Positions 45,353 through 64,000 of a DNA stretch of 64,000 bases are shown here, piece by piece (position 1 is the stretch's first letter; each line of letters begins with the position of its first letter). The notes beneath the pieces are model-generated. The model did no database searches. It saw only the letters and a program-made list of their open reading frames with translations, and was not told the origin of the DNA. The DNA is from the human T2T-CHM13v2.0 reference genome, Homo sapiens, in assembly GCF_009914755.1 (NCBI RefSeq), contig NC_060937.1, one strand, 5' to 3'. The translations under genes were made by a program, and so were the position numbers.

Positions 45353-45890
45353 TATGCACTGCTGTACTATCTTGTGTATGCACTACTGTACTATATCTTG
45401 TGTATGCACTACTGTACTATCTTGTGTATGCACTACTGTACTATCTATCTTGTGTATGCACTACTGTACTATCTTGTGTATGCACTACTGTACTATCTAT
45501 CTTGTGTATGCACTACTGTACTATCTTGTGTATGCACTACTGTACTATCTTGTGTATGCACTACTGTACTATCTATCTTGTGTATGCACTACTGTACTAT
45601 CTTGTGTATGCACTACTGTACTATCTTGTGTATGCACTACTGTACTATCTATCTTGTGTATGCACTACTGTACTATCTTGTGTATGCACTACTGTACTAT
45701 CTATCTTGTGTATGCACTACTGTACTGTCTATCTTGTGTATGCACTACTGTACTATCTTGTGTATGCACTACTGTACTGTCTATCTTGTGTATGCACTAC
45801 TGTACTATCTATCTTGTGTATGCACTACTGTACTATCTTGTGTATGCACTACTGTACTATCTATCTTGTGTATGCACTACTGTACTATCT
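45353..45890. repeat. Minisatellite, ~21 units of 24 bp (tatcttgtgtatgcactactgtac) with 28-bp variants carrying an extra tatc/tgtc
   Basis: 21 tgcact cores counted by eye; ends about 32 nt before the exon at 45923. Confidence 0.97.
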
Positions 45891-45895
45891 GGTGA

Positions 45896-46084
<189 letters not shown>

Positions 46085-48489
46085 TAATATAATTAGATAC
46101 TTAACAGGATATATGGGTTTAAATATACTGGAGACAAAGAATTTTCTTTCAGGACGCCTTATTTTTGAGATATCTTTATATGTGAGATTCTGCAATAATT
46201 TTTCAAAATGTATTGAGGTGCACAAGTTATCTTTTTATGAAAGGACATTTGAAGGATCACCAATTCATTAAAAGGACAAGAAAATATCATTTTGATATAG
46301 AAATATTCAACACTGTTTATTCAACATCACTAAAACTCTCCTTTTGGCAATTATAAGTGCCTATTGTAAAAAAACAGACTTTTTATAAAATAATACCTAA
46401 GATTAATCATACCATAAAACAAGTTCAATGGAATCTTTTTTGTTAATTTATCTTCAAAGTTTCTAAGATTTAAATTTGGAAAAACTGGCAGGAAAAACAT
46501 ATAAACACATATATAATGTCGGTTAAATTAAGAGTCTCACAGCATCTGCAGGTGTTTATAGTTTTAGTTTTTCTACTTTACAATGAAAAACAATTTGACT
46601 CTGTGTCTCTATCATATAAGCCAAAATCTATCACATAAACAGCAATTGCGATGTACTAATATAAGAAAACATTATATGGATTTACTCACAATATCTCCAA
46701 GATACATGGACATTGTTGAAAACAGACACAATTCAGCTATTTGGAGAATATGTCATTCTTTACTCTCTTTCCATAAAGATAGATTTCTAAATTATTTTAT
46801 TTTATGAATTTTTCTGATTAACACATTCTTGTTCTTGCTTCTAACTTGTCAGCATTCTTCTTTTTCTAAAATTACAGCCCTCTTCCTCCAGAAAGCCCTC
46901 GTAGTGACATACATAACCTATAATTATTTAAGGTTTAAAAATGTCTTCAAACCGGCAGGACTGTATACTTAATTGTATACGGGACGCCTCAGGCATCTAG
47001 CACCTTCTCTCTAGCTTGCCATGTTCTCTTCCACTGCTAACCAGGGGTCATCAGAATAAAAACTTGCATGGGCCATATTTATATTTCAAGGATTACCTAT
47101 TTGTCCCTGGCCCTGAGGGGAGGGGTTGATCCAGATTTTTACCAAATACTCCAAGTGTCTAGTACATTTTGTTGCACTGTGTAGTATTTGATGAAGGTGA
47201 AACTATGACAACCTTTCACATGGAGTAGAGCCATGCAATCTCTTCTAAGCCGTTACTACTAAAGGAATTGGAGGTCATTAATCCCTTTCTTATGGCTTAT
47301 TTCCCTAGGTTCTATTTTTGTCTTTAGGCACTTCCACAAGTTTTCAAAGTCTAAAAGGTTAATTGCCCCATTCTTTTATTGCTTTATTTCAGACATCCAG
47401 AAAACATAACACACAAGATTTTGTTTTTAATTTGAAGACAATACAAATAATAATGCTTAAAAAATGTTGCTAGTAATCAACCACCTTATCCATGGAGAAT
47501 ATCATCTTGATTTTTGGAGCAGAATCAGTTAGCTCTCTGAATGTCTATCTCCTTTATACTGATTTGGGGCCCTGTCTTTGAGTTACTGCAATATCCATTG
47601 ACAGCTTTACCAAACAAGTGAATATTTTCACCCCAGAGAAGAGGTCTGTCACTGCCCTTGAAACAGAAACAGACTTGCAGACAACCTTGCAATGGCTCAT
47701 TTGTCCTTCTGCTGTGTGTCTTGTGTAAGTTTGTATGTGAACCTGTAACAGCATTTACAGAAGTGTGGTGACCTGATGCTCACAGATCAATAGATGAAGC
47801 AATGATGGATAATATTGTAATATCAACACTTTACTTACTCTTCAGTAAATAGCTTGCTATTAGTTGAAATAAAGAATTGTTTGATTTTGAAAACATCACA
47901 GATGGAACCAGTCCTTGGCAAGCTTCTCACATAGACCGTTTTCTTCTAGGGCTGCTCTCTATTATATATATTACATATAATATTATATATATATATATAT
48001 ATTTCTTCACCTCCAGCCTCTTCAGAGGACTCCTCATGGGGGCCCCCGGCCACTCTGAGCTTCTTGCAGTGTACTCTATGGAACTTCCTGTTGAGCCAGC
48101 ACTCCCAGTAAGGGGCTTTCTTCTTCAAATTCCTTTATCTAAAAACACTTTTGTGTGGCAACAGCAGTCTCACCAGGCATTGCTGACCTCAGATAACTTG
48201 CTGAGGTGGGTTAGCTTGCTTTTGCAGGCATTCCTACTTCCTTCCTAGTGGCATTCTCCTCTGCATTAGGTCTTCTTCTCTTTCTTTCCTTCCCAGGGAG
48301 GTTATGTGGCTTCTCAAAGAAGGTGGCTGTCATTATTGCTGAGTATCTTCAAGAAGCACGCTCTGCTGTGTGAGCCCCACCAGGGGTGTGCGTGTCTCAT
48401 GGCTGGCATTATTAGCTTTCATTCCCTTTGGCTGGCAAGGGAGTGATCTCACCATTGCAGCTCTCAGGCAATTGCAGTCTTTGGATTTT

Positions 48490-48838
48490 ATTTTTCTTTT
48501 TGCTTTTTTTTTTTTCTTCCTTTCTTTTTTTTTTTTTGTTGTTATTTGTTTGTTTGTTTGAGACAGAGTCTCGCTCTGTCACCCAGGTTGGAATGCAGTG
48601 GCGCGATCTCGGCTCACTGCAGCCTCTGCCTCCTGGGTTCAAGCGATTCTCCTGCCTCAGCCACCTGAGTAGCTGGAACTACAGGTGTGTGCCACCACAC
48701 CTGGCTAATTTTTGTAGTTTTAGTAGAGACAGGGTTTCACCATGTTGGCCAGGATGGTCTGGATCTCCTGACCTCGTAATCCGCCTGCCTCACCTCCCAA
48801 AGTGCTGGGATTACAGGTGTGAGCCACCGTGCCTGGCC
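48490..48838 (-). mobile_element. Alu (AluSc-like) with long T-rich tail
   Basis: gagacagagtctcgctc ... aggatggtctggatctcctgacctcgt ... gcctggcc; tggatttt on both flanks. Confidence 0.93.
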
Positions 48839-49242
48839 TGGATTTTCTTTAATAGGAGCAGGAGACTCTGAAAGGCCTAAAACAATTAAAATATTTAAGA
48901 CACAAAGAAATGGCCTTTATTAGCCAAATAAATAACATTTTGAGTTGCCTGTAGTGGTATGGTTTGGTAACCTCAGGTCAAAATACAAACTGAATTCACA
49001 ATAGGGGTCAATATATGTCTCTTTACTTCCTGAGAAGAATTATTATCAGAGTATCTACACATTTAAAAGCACAGTGAGAACGATTAAGATATATTAGGGA
49101 TTAATGTGAAGAAGTTTCATAAATTACCTTATTGTGAAAGGTAGATTTGAAATGTCAACAAAAACTAAACTTTCCTAGGGGACATAATAGAAAGAAAAGA
49201 TAAACAGCACTAGGGAAGAAGTTATTCAATAGTCATCTAAAC

Positions 49243-49680
49243 CAGGGGTCCCCAACCCCTGGGGCACAGACCAGTACTGGTCCACGGCCTGTGAGGAAAA
49301 AGGCTTCACAGCAGGGGGTGAGCAGCAGGTGAGGGAGCAAAGCTTCATCTGTATTGACAGCCACTCCCCGTCACTGGCATCTCACCGCCTGAGCTCCAGC
49401 TCCTGTCAAATCAGTGGCAGCATTAGGTTCTCATAGGAGCAGGAACCTATGAGAGGGATCTAGCTGCACACTCCTTATGAGAATCGAATGCCTGATTCTA
49501 CATTATGGTGACTGTATCATTGTTTCATTATATATTACAATGTAATAATCACAGAAATAAAGGGCACAATAAATGTAATGCACTTGAATCATCCTGAAAC
49601 CATCCCCCCCACCCCTGGTCCGTGGAAAAATTGTCTTCCACAAAACCGTTCCCTCTTGTCAAAAAGGTTGGGGCCCTCTA
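49243..49680. mobile_element. MER1A-like hAT-Charlie DNA transposon
   Basis: caggggtccccaacc ... ggttggggccctcta terminal inverted repeats; 8-bp TSD atctaaac / gtctaaac. Confidence 0.9.
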
Positions 49681-49796
49681 GTCTAAACCATGTGGTCAGA
49701 AGGTATTCCATATGTGGGGGATGGAAGATTAGAGGTTGGGAAGTGATTTAAGCAGCCTTTGCTCTCAGATGAGATTTATTTCAAATTGTTGTTATA

Positions 49797-49839
<43 letters not shown>

Positions 49840-49984
49840 GATTTTAGTTTTATTGTTCAGTAGTTATAAACTGTCAGACTTCTAATTTAAGTTTTATAAG
49901 TCATAGCTTCAAACTTTCTTCTAGGTCTAAAAATTGGAATATCACAGTCACTTCTCCTTCCTGTTGAGTAGGATTTTGCCACCT

Positions 49985-55990
<6,006 letters not shown>

Positions 55991-56000
55991 ACATACTCTG

Positions 56001-56334
56001 TTTTTTTTTTTGGTTTTTTTTTTTTGAGGCAGGGTTGCGTCTGTTGTCCAGGATGGAGTGCAGTGGCATGATCGTGGCTCACTGCAACCTCCACCTCTTG
56101 GGGTCTAGTGATCCTCTCACCTCAGCGTCCTGAGAAACTGGGACTACAGGCACACATCACCATGCCCAGCTAATTTCTGTATTATTATTATTTTTAAATA
56201 GAGATGAGGTCTTACCATGTTTCCCAGGCTGGTCTCAAACTCCTGAGCTCAATGACCTGGCTGCGTTGGCCTCCCAAAGGGCTTGGATTATAGGCCTAAG
56301 CCACTGCAACCAGCTTTGCCATAATTTTTATGAC
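56001..56334 (-). mobile_element. Old Alu (AluJ-like)
   Basis: Poly-T, gaggcagggttg..., gatcctctcacctcagc, ctcctgagctcaa, taggcctaagccactgc. Confidence 0.9.
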
Positions 56335-56658
56335 TTAACATCACGATAAGCTTTATTTTTTGATAAGTTTCTTGTCTCATCATTGGTATGGAATATTTTA
56401 TATGGATTATAGGTCAAGAAAAATGATAATTTTCCTGTAGTCTGAATTTCATTTTTCTTATTAAGATGAAAATGTACTTTTTAAATAACTACAGTATTTT
56501 AATGACATTACAATACGTTTTTTACTTATTTGTTCATTAATTTGATAAATATTATTGGGGACCTACTTTACATCAGAGCCCTGCTAGGTGGTGGGGTAGA
56601 AATAGAAATATATTAAGGTAAAGACTGATTCATTTTCTGAGTGTCTATATGAATCTAA

Positions 56659-56985
<327 letters not shown>

Positions 56986-59091
56986 TAATGATCAAAGGTC
57001 CTTGGGACAAGCTCTAGAGTTATTGATATTTTAAGGTGTGTTATTTGGATAAATGGAAGCTGGATGAACAACCCACAACATGTACTTTTCTAAGTGATTT
57101 TCTTTTAGCCTGATGAGGAATTAACATCTTCAGAATGATGACGCACACTGTGTGGGCCTTCTCATAATGTTTCTAGAATTATAACTTTATATGAGCAAAG
57201 GATCCCTGGGTTTAATACAAAGAGCTCTGCTATAAACTTTGGAATATTATTCATAATACAGATGAACATTGGACATCTGAGTTTTCTTGCCTTGAATATA
57301 GTTTTTAGTATTAAAGTATTTTTTATTAAAGCATGTCAACTTAAGGAAGAAAGAAAGCCACTCTCTCATATCTTTCCCAATTCTCTAACCAGGTTTGTAA
57401 AACATGCTTCTTACTTCAACACCTTCAAGGACTTCCTCTTACTTGTATAAAAATGATCATTCTCCTTAGTCCAGGCTAATATCAGGTTTCTCCAAGCTGA
57501 TCATAATTTTTTTCCATATCTTAACCTGCCAGAACTCCCCTGTGCAAGATCTCTGTTCAGGTTATTTTTCTCAACCACTCAGTGTTTCTGCATTTTCAGC
57601 CTCCCTTAAACTCCATTACATTAAGCTTGATATATCTTCCTTGTCTTCTTGACAAGATCAAATTTTATCCAACTTTCAGTATTAAATCCATGTTTGTTTA
57701 TCCTCAGTCCAAATCCCAGCTGTAGTTAATGTCTTCCACTTTTGCATGTACAGCTCTCTGTCTCCTACTCTTAACTCCTTTGACCCCACTTAGTACAGAT
57801 GGCGTGCTAGAGGGTAAAATCTCTCACCGCTGTCTTACAGTGTATTTCAGTTCATTTCGACCAGTGTTTCTAGACTCTGCCTTATGACAAAGAAGGAGCA
57901 TTTGAGAATCAAAGATGAACGAAGCCTATTCCTTGCCTTCAAATATCTCAGCTTCGAATAGGGAAAGGCAAATGAACAAATATTAATATGAATAATGTAT
58001 TACATTGATATAATAATATCAACAAATGTATATATTACGATAGGGAAGGAAGCAATGTGTGGCTTAAAAAATGTGTAGATGCTTTCCAAACCCAGACCTT
58101 CAAAGGTGATTGAGAGCTCACTAATTATAAAAGAGAAGGGGGGACATTCTTGGAAAGACATAGAATTTTGATTCAGGATTCAGTTGTATAGGAGAGAATC
58201 CATTCTACCTATTTAAGTAGGAAATAATATAGTTTGAGAAAATAATCATTGGGAGACTCTAAATTGAACTTTCAGGAATGACATTAAAAGCACACCACAG
58301 AAAAGAGTTACTAAGACAGTTACAGCCTTATCTTAGATCAGGAAGCCTCTAGCCAAATTAAGAAGCTGCTGCTACAGCTACTGCTACTGCTCCCACCTGC
58401 ACAAGTAGCGTGTGCAAACCCTAGCACTCAACATCAAAGGAGTGAGGGACTAGACCTGGAGATTCCCACTGCAAGGGAAAATCATCTTCACGGAGGCTCA
58501 CCAGCTAACACAGCAGAAGCAGCAGCAGTGTGGTTTTCACTGCATCTACTTCTGAGTCTTGTGCCATCATAACAGACTGGTGGAAGCTAAAGAGCAACTG
58601 GATCCCAGTGCAAGGATATGTGGAAGGCAGGCTTCTCCTTTTCAGCCTTGGCGGTACAGGCAGCAACCAGGATGCATGGGCGATGCCATTCCAACACAGC
58701 ACCTACCTAGTATTTGGGAAGTTGTGTCAGAAGTTCAGTGCAGGGTAGAAAGGGCGGTAGGTGACATGTCTAAAAAGATTGGGTGGGGCCAAATCATGAG
58801 TAAATATGCATGTACAACCAAGGGCTTTGTCCTCTTAACACTGTTAACTCACGAAGTATTTTTAGACAAAGTAGGAAGATGAAGCAATAAAAACAAAAAA
58901 GCAGAGGGCCTGATACAGGAGATATTGGTATCATAGAAACCAAGAGAAATGAAGAAAAGGGGTCAATAGGAAATGTACCTGGGTGATATGGTAGTTAGGC
59001 TAAACAGGAGCTTTGAGAGGCATTAGAGTGGCAAGGCCTCAGAAGGCTGGGGTGGTGAGTGGCACGTCAGAAGGAAATCCATGGAGGATTT

Positions 59092-61435
59092 TTATGTATA
59101 TAAAATGTATATGTATATGTATGTATAATATATACATATAAAACATATTTATATATACAAATATATATACATATATATATTTATATATACAAATTTATAT
59201 ATACAAATATATATTTATATATTATATATTTATAATGTATTTATAATTTCTATATTTATATATTATATATATGTATATATTTATATATACAAATATATAT
59301 ACATATACATATTTATATATACAAATATAATATACAAATATATATTTATATATTATATACAAATATATATGTATATATGTATGTATTATATATACATATA
59401 TACATATATGTATATATGTATATATATTGTATATACAAATATAAACATATGTATATATTTATGTTATATATACAATATAAACATATGTATATATTTATGT
59501 TATATATACAATATAAACATATGTATATATTTATGTTATATATACAATATAAACATATGTATATATTTCTATATTCTACATACACATATAAACATATGTA
59601 TATATTTCTATATTCTATATACGCATATAAACATATGTATATATATTATATATACGCATATAAACATATGTATATATTTATATATTATATATACGCATAT
59701 AAACATATGTATATATTTATATATTATATATACGCATATAAACATATGTATATATTTATATTATATATATGCATATAAACACATGTATATATTTATATAT
59801 TATATATACACTATGTAAACATATGTATATATTTATATATTATACTCAATATATAAACATAGTATATATTTATATATTATACTCAATATATAAACATGTA
59901 TATATTTATTATATATACACATGTAAATATATGTATACATTTATATATTATATACACATGTAAATATATGTATACATTTATATATTATATATACACGTAA
60001 ATATAGGTATATATTTATATATTATATATACACATGTAAATGTATGTATATATTTATATATTAATACACACATGTAAGTATATGTTTATATTTATATATT
60101 ATATATACACATGTAAATATGTTTATATATTGTATATACATATAACAATATATAAATTTATGTATATGTTTATGTATTATATATACAAATACAAATTTAT
60201 GTATATATTTATATATTATATATGAATATAAATTTATGTATATATTTATATATTATACAGATATAAATATATATATTTATATATTATACAGATATAAATA
60301 TATATTTATATATTATACAGATATAAATATATATTTATATATTATACAGATATAAATATATATTTATATATTATACAGATATAAATATATATTTATATAT
60401 TATACAGATATAAATATATATTTATATATTATACAGATATAAATATATATTTATATATTATACAGATATAAATATATATTTATATATTATACAGATATAA
60501 ATATATATTTATATATTATACAGATATAAATATATATTTATATATTATACAGATATAAATATATATTTATATATTATACAGATATAAATATATATTTATA
60601 TATTATACAGATATAAATATATATTTATATATTATACAGATATAAATATATATTATATTATACAGATATAAATATATATTTATATATTATACAGATATAA
60701 ATATATATTTATATATTATACAGATATAAATATATATTTATATATTATACAGATATAAATATATATTTATATATTATACAGATATAAATATATATATTTA
60801 TAATTATATATACAATATATAGGTATATATTTATTATATATACAAATACGTGTATATATTTATATATACAAATATAAATGTACATATTTATATATACAAA
60901 TATATAGACAAATATATATACAAATATATGTATATATGTATATATGCAAATATATGTATATATACATATATATGTATATATGTATATATACATATATATG
61001 TATATATGTATATATTACAAATATATGTATATATGCATATATACATATATACGTGTATGTATACAAATATGTTTTTATATACATATTATATGCATATTCT
61101 ACATTTATATACATATATTTATATTTTATATTTGCATTTATTAGATATTTATATTCAATAAATATAAAATTTATTAAATTTTATTAAATACTTATATATT
61201 TAATCAATACATATATAAGTATAAAATACATAAATATAAAATATGAATATATGTATATAAATATATACTATATATTTCTATATGTATATATTTCTATATG
61301 TATATATAGAAATATATATACAATGTGTATGTATATATTTATATTTATATATAAATTCTCATATATTTATTTAAATATAAATTTATATACATAAACTATA
61401 AAAATGTATACATTTTAAATATAATTAAATATAAT
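59092..61435. repeat. 2.3-kb AT-rich low-complexity block with 36-39-bp units (~59440-60240) and a 29-bp array (~60245-60800)
   Basis: Almost only A/T. Unit tattatacagatataaatatatatttata repeats about 19 times. Confidence 0.95.
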
Positions 61436-63446
61436 TCATGTTCTTTGAATTTGAGAGATTTCACTATTACAAATTCTTTAGGAAAACAGCAATCTTAGAC
61501 TTGTATTTCAATTTTTCAGGCTATATTTTCTTCATAGTTAATATTTGTTGAATTCATAGGGAGTATTTTACAATTTACAATGAGGTATGATGATTTCAGG
61601 AAATTACTTTTCCTAAGGTTTCATGGAAGTGACTGTAAGCGGATATGTACTTGATGTGCCTTGTGAGTCTGTTTGTACTGTGTATTGGAGATGCACTAGA
61701 TGTTCAATAAATGCTAATTGCATTAAAGTCAGTGGAAATGTGCTTTGGAATAATAGTTTTTAAATCATTTTATGTTCAGTTTAAAAAATTGTACATTCAC
61801 TTAAAATTTCCAGTTTTAGTTTCAAATATTTTTAGAAAATTTTTGGGAAATCAACTAAGTTTAAGTCAATGTAATTATTTTGCTGAATTCTGATAGAAAT
61901 AAAGCAAAACAGAGAAAACCAATTGATTAGTTGGTGCACAGCCTAAACCCCTGTGGAAACATGAATGTTCCTGTTAAATCACCTTAATTTTTTAAGCAAG
62001 ATTTTTCTCATGGGAGTCAGTTTTGTGGTTTTATAAAAATCTTTTATTGTACTGAGATGTACTAATGAGTCTTAGCCAAAAGACTCCCTGAGGACTCATT
62101 CACATGTTCAGTGTAGATTATATGTAATTTGTGGCAATATGTCAAGCCATATGCCATTTGAATAATCAAATGTAGACACATACACTTAAATTTTGAGCTA
62201 CTGCAGTTTCAAAAAAAGCAGCAACACATTCTGAATTTTATAAATCAAGACACGTAGAAAAAGTTAACTGATTTGAAATCAACATGCAAGGTCTAGTTTG
62301 GACAATAGGAGGAACATTGCTAAATAGCTCTATGATAGTAAAGTTGGGCCCAAGCGAGAGCTCAATGGCCCTGGGGTTCTTGGCTTTATTGCCACTGTTT
62401 TGGCCAGACCGATGGGGTAGAATGTATCTCCTTCATCACCACTTGCTCCTCCACGATGGGATTACCTGGTCTTTTTACTGGAAATTCATTACATTTCATA
62501 GGAAGGATAATTATTACTCCTGGATGATATTGGCATCCAGCCCCACCTGGAGGGACTCACCTATCCTGAAAGCTCTGACCAGGAAGACCGGCCACGCTTC
62601 AGAGTCTTGTTTGGAACAGAGGCTCTGAGGTGCTTTTAGAAATGTTTAAGCAACATTATTTAAATTATAGCTGAAGATCTTTTCTAAACACATTTGAATT
62701 TTTCATTACTCATAGGAGCACAATATATTTTCCAATCACCATTACAGAAATATTTTAAAGTAAATGGGAAGAGGCCGTACATGAAATATTAACACAGTCT
62801 CATTAATGAGCATGAATCTGAATTAAAGAAGGCTTGTAGGGTTTTTTGGCTAGATATTTGTTTTAGCAAATATTAAATCATATATGGGATTATCACTTAT
62901 AGGGGCTTCTCTTAAAAGTCTGATGATTTACATGATGGATAAGCATTAAATTCAGAATGTGTCTAATTTTATTGGCTATTAAAATTAAGAATCTTGAAAG
63001 AAGAAAGAATTATGGGTTGGAGAAAGACATTGGCTCTTAGGAAAGTTAAATTTCCATTAAGATGATTCTAAACTAACTCTAGTAAGAAATAGTATTTTTA
63101 AGTTCCTAAATTTTGATGTGAGATGAGCAAATAGATTAGGAGATAGTAAAACAACATTAAGTAATAAAAATTGCATTAATGAAAATGTAGGTCAAAAGTA
63201 ATAGTTATACAATATATGACACCTACCTATATGAGCCTTGTTTGTTGTCTGCTCATAGGATCTTTGTCTGAAAGTTGTTTTTTATGAAAATTTATATTAG
63301 CATGAAGTGAATCTCTTTGGATCTCAGATAAGCATCCCATTGTGATTGGCCTGAATGGTTTATAGGCAACAAATTGGTGATGTGTTCTTACACCTAAGAT
63401 GATGCATCCCTGTTTCAGCTCCTTCTCCCCACAAATGCTTATGCAT

Positions 63447-63878
63447 TATAATGGGCTGAACGGGAGCCCTCCGAAAATATTTTCAGGCCCCTATTCTTGG
63501 AGACTGTGAATATGATCTTATTTGGAAAAAGGGTCTTCATTTATATAATTAAGTTACAGATCTTGAGATGAGGAGATGATTCTGGCTTATCTGGGTGGTC
63601 TCTACGTCCAAAACCTACTCTAAAAGTTAGGCAGAGAGAGATTTGAGAGAAAAGAAGGAGGCCATGTGACCACGGGGGGAGGTATTGAAGCAGCCAGGAG
63701 CCAAGGAACACCTGGAACTCCCAGAAGTTGGAAGAGGCAGGAAGGATCCACCCGTTGAGCCTGGTGTGGGTGGGCCAGATTCCAGAGTGCTGGCCTCCAG
63801 TGGTGAGAGGGAACACTTTTCTCTTGTTTTGAGCCACCTAACTTGTTATTTGTTGCAGCCATCCTAGGAAACCATAAA
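63447..63878 (+). mobile_element. MaLR solo LTR (MLT1B/C-like)
   Basis: ctgtgaatatgatcttatttggaaaaagggtctt...cagaagttggaagaggcaggaaggat...ttgttttgagccacc...ctaggaaac. Confidence 0.85.
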
Positions 63879-64000
63879 GTATTTATTGGTTCATCTTGAC
63901 AGATGATAAGAGTAGTAGTTTTATCAGATAACATTGTAGAATTTCCTTGCCACATTTGATTCGTTTTTAAGTGATTCCTACACTTCTCTAACCCAGGTTT

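Noticed and set aside
48370-48871. Alu-derived ORFs (also 2678, 5468, 23390, 34057-35125, 43176, 44286)
   Set aside because: Typical Alu translations with no splice or coding support.
57790-57820. CTCF-like words (cagatggcg, ctagaggg)
   Set aside because: Only partial matches to the consensus; not supportable without a motif scan.
59346-61187. Many Y/I-rich ORFs
   Set aside because: They are translations of AT low-complexity sequence.

Overview
This is primate (most likely human) genomic DNA, AT-rich and repeat-dense. It lies inside one large + strand gene that I recognise as the unconventional myosin MYO16. Four internal coding exons (1846-1987, 29521-29593, 45923-46075, 56749-56949) have canonical AG/GT ends and compatible phases (1-2, 2-0, 0-0, 0-0). 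They splice into one open frame covering the HO helix/linker, switch II (DIFGFE), the relay helix ([11 protein letters not shown]), and the LLDEE and HYAG motifs of the myosin motor domain. The rest is intron: 11 Alus, a near full-length antisense L1PA, two 5'-inverted L1 fragments, MaLR solo LTRs, MER1A, MER5A, MIR/L2 relics, microsatellites, two minisatellites and a 2.3-kb AT-rich block. Nearly all ORFs in the supplied track are spurious or repeat-derived. I see no evidence of a new multi-gene biological system. The best leads are local: an AG-free VNTR creating a ~610-nt AG-exclusion zone before the relay-helix exon, a 55-bp VNTR of AP-1 sites, a micro-inversion that flipped an Alu target-site copy, an L1 5'UTR deletion removing the ORF0 start, and a palindromic AT minisatellite. 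Repeat subfamily names come from recalled consensus sequences, not a database search.
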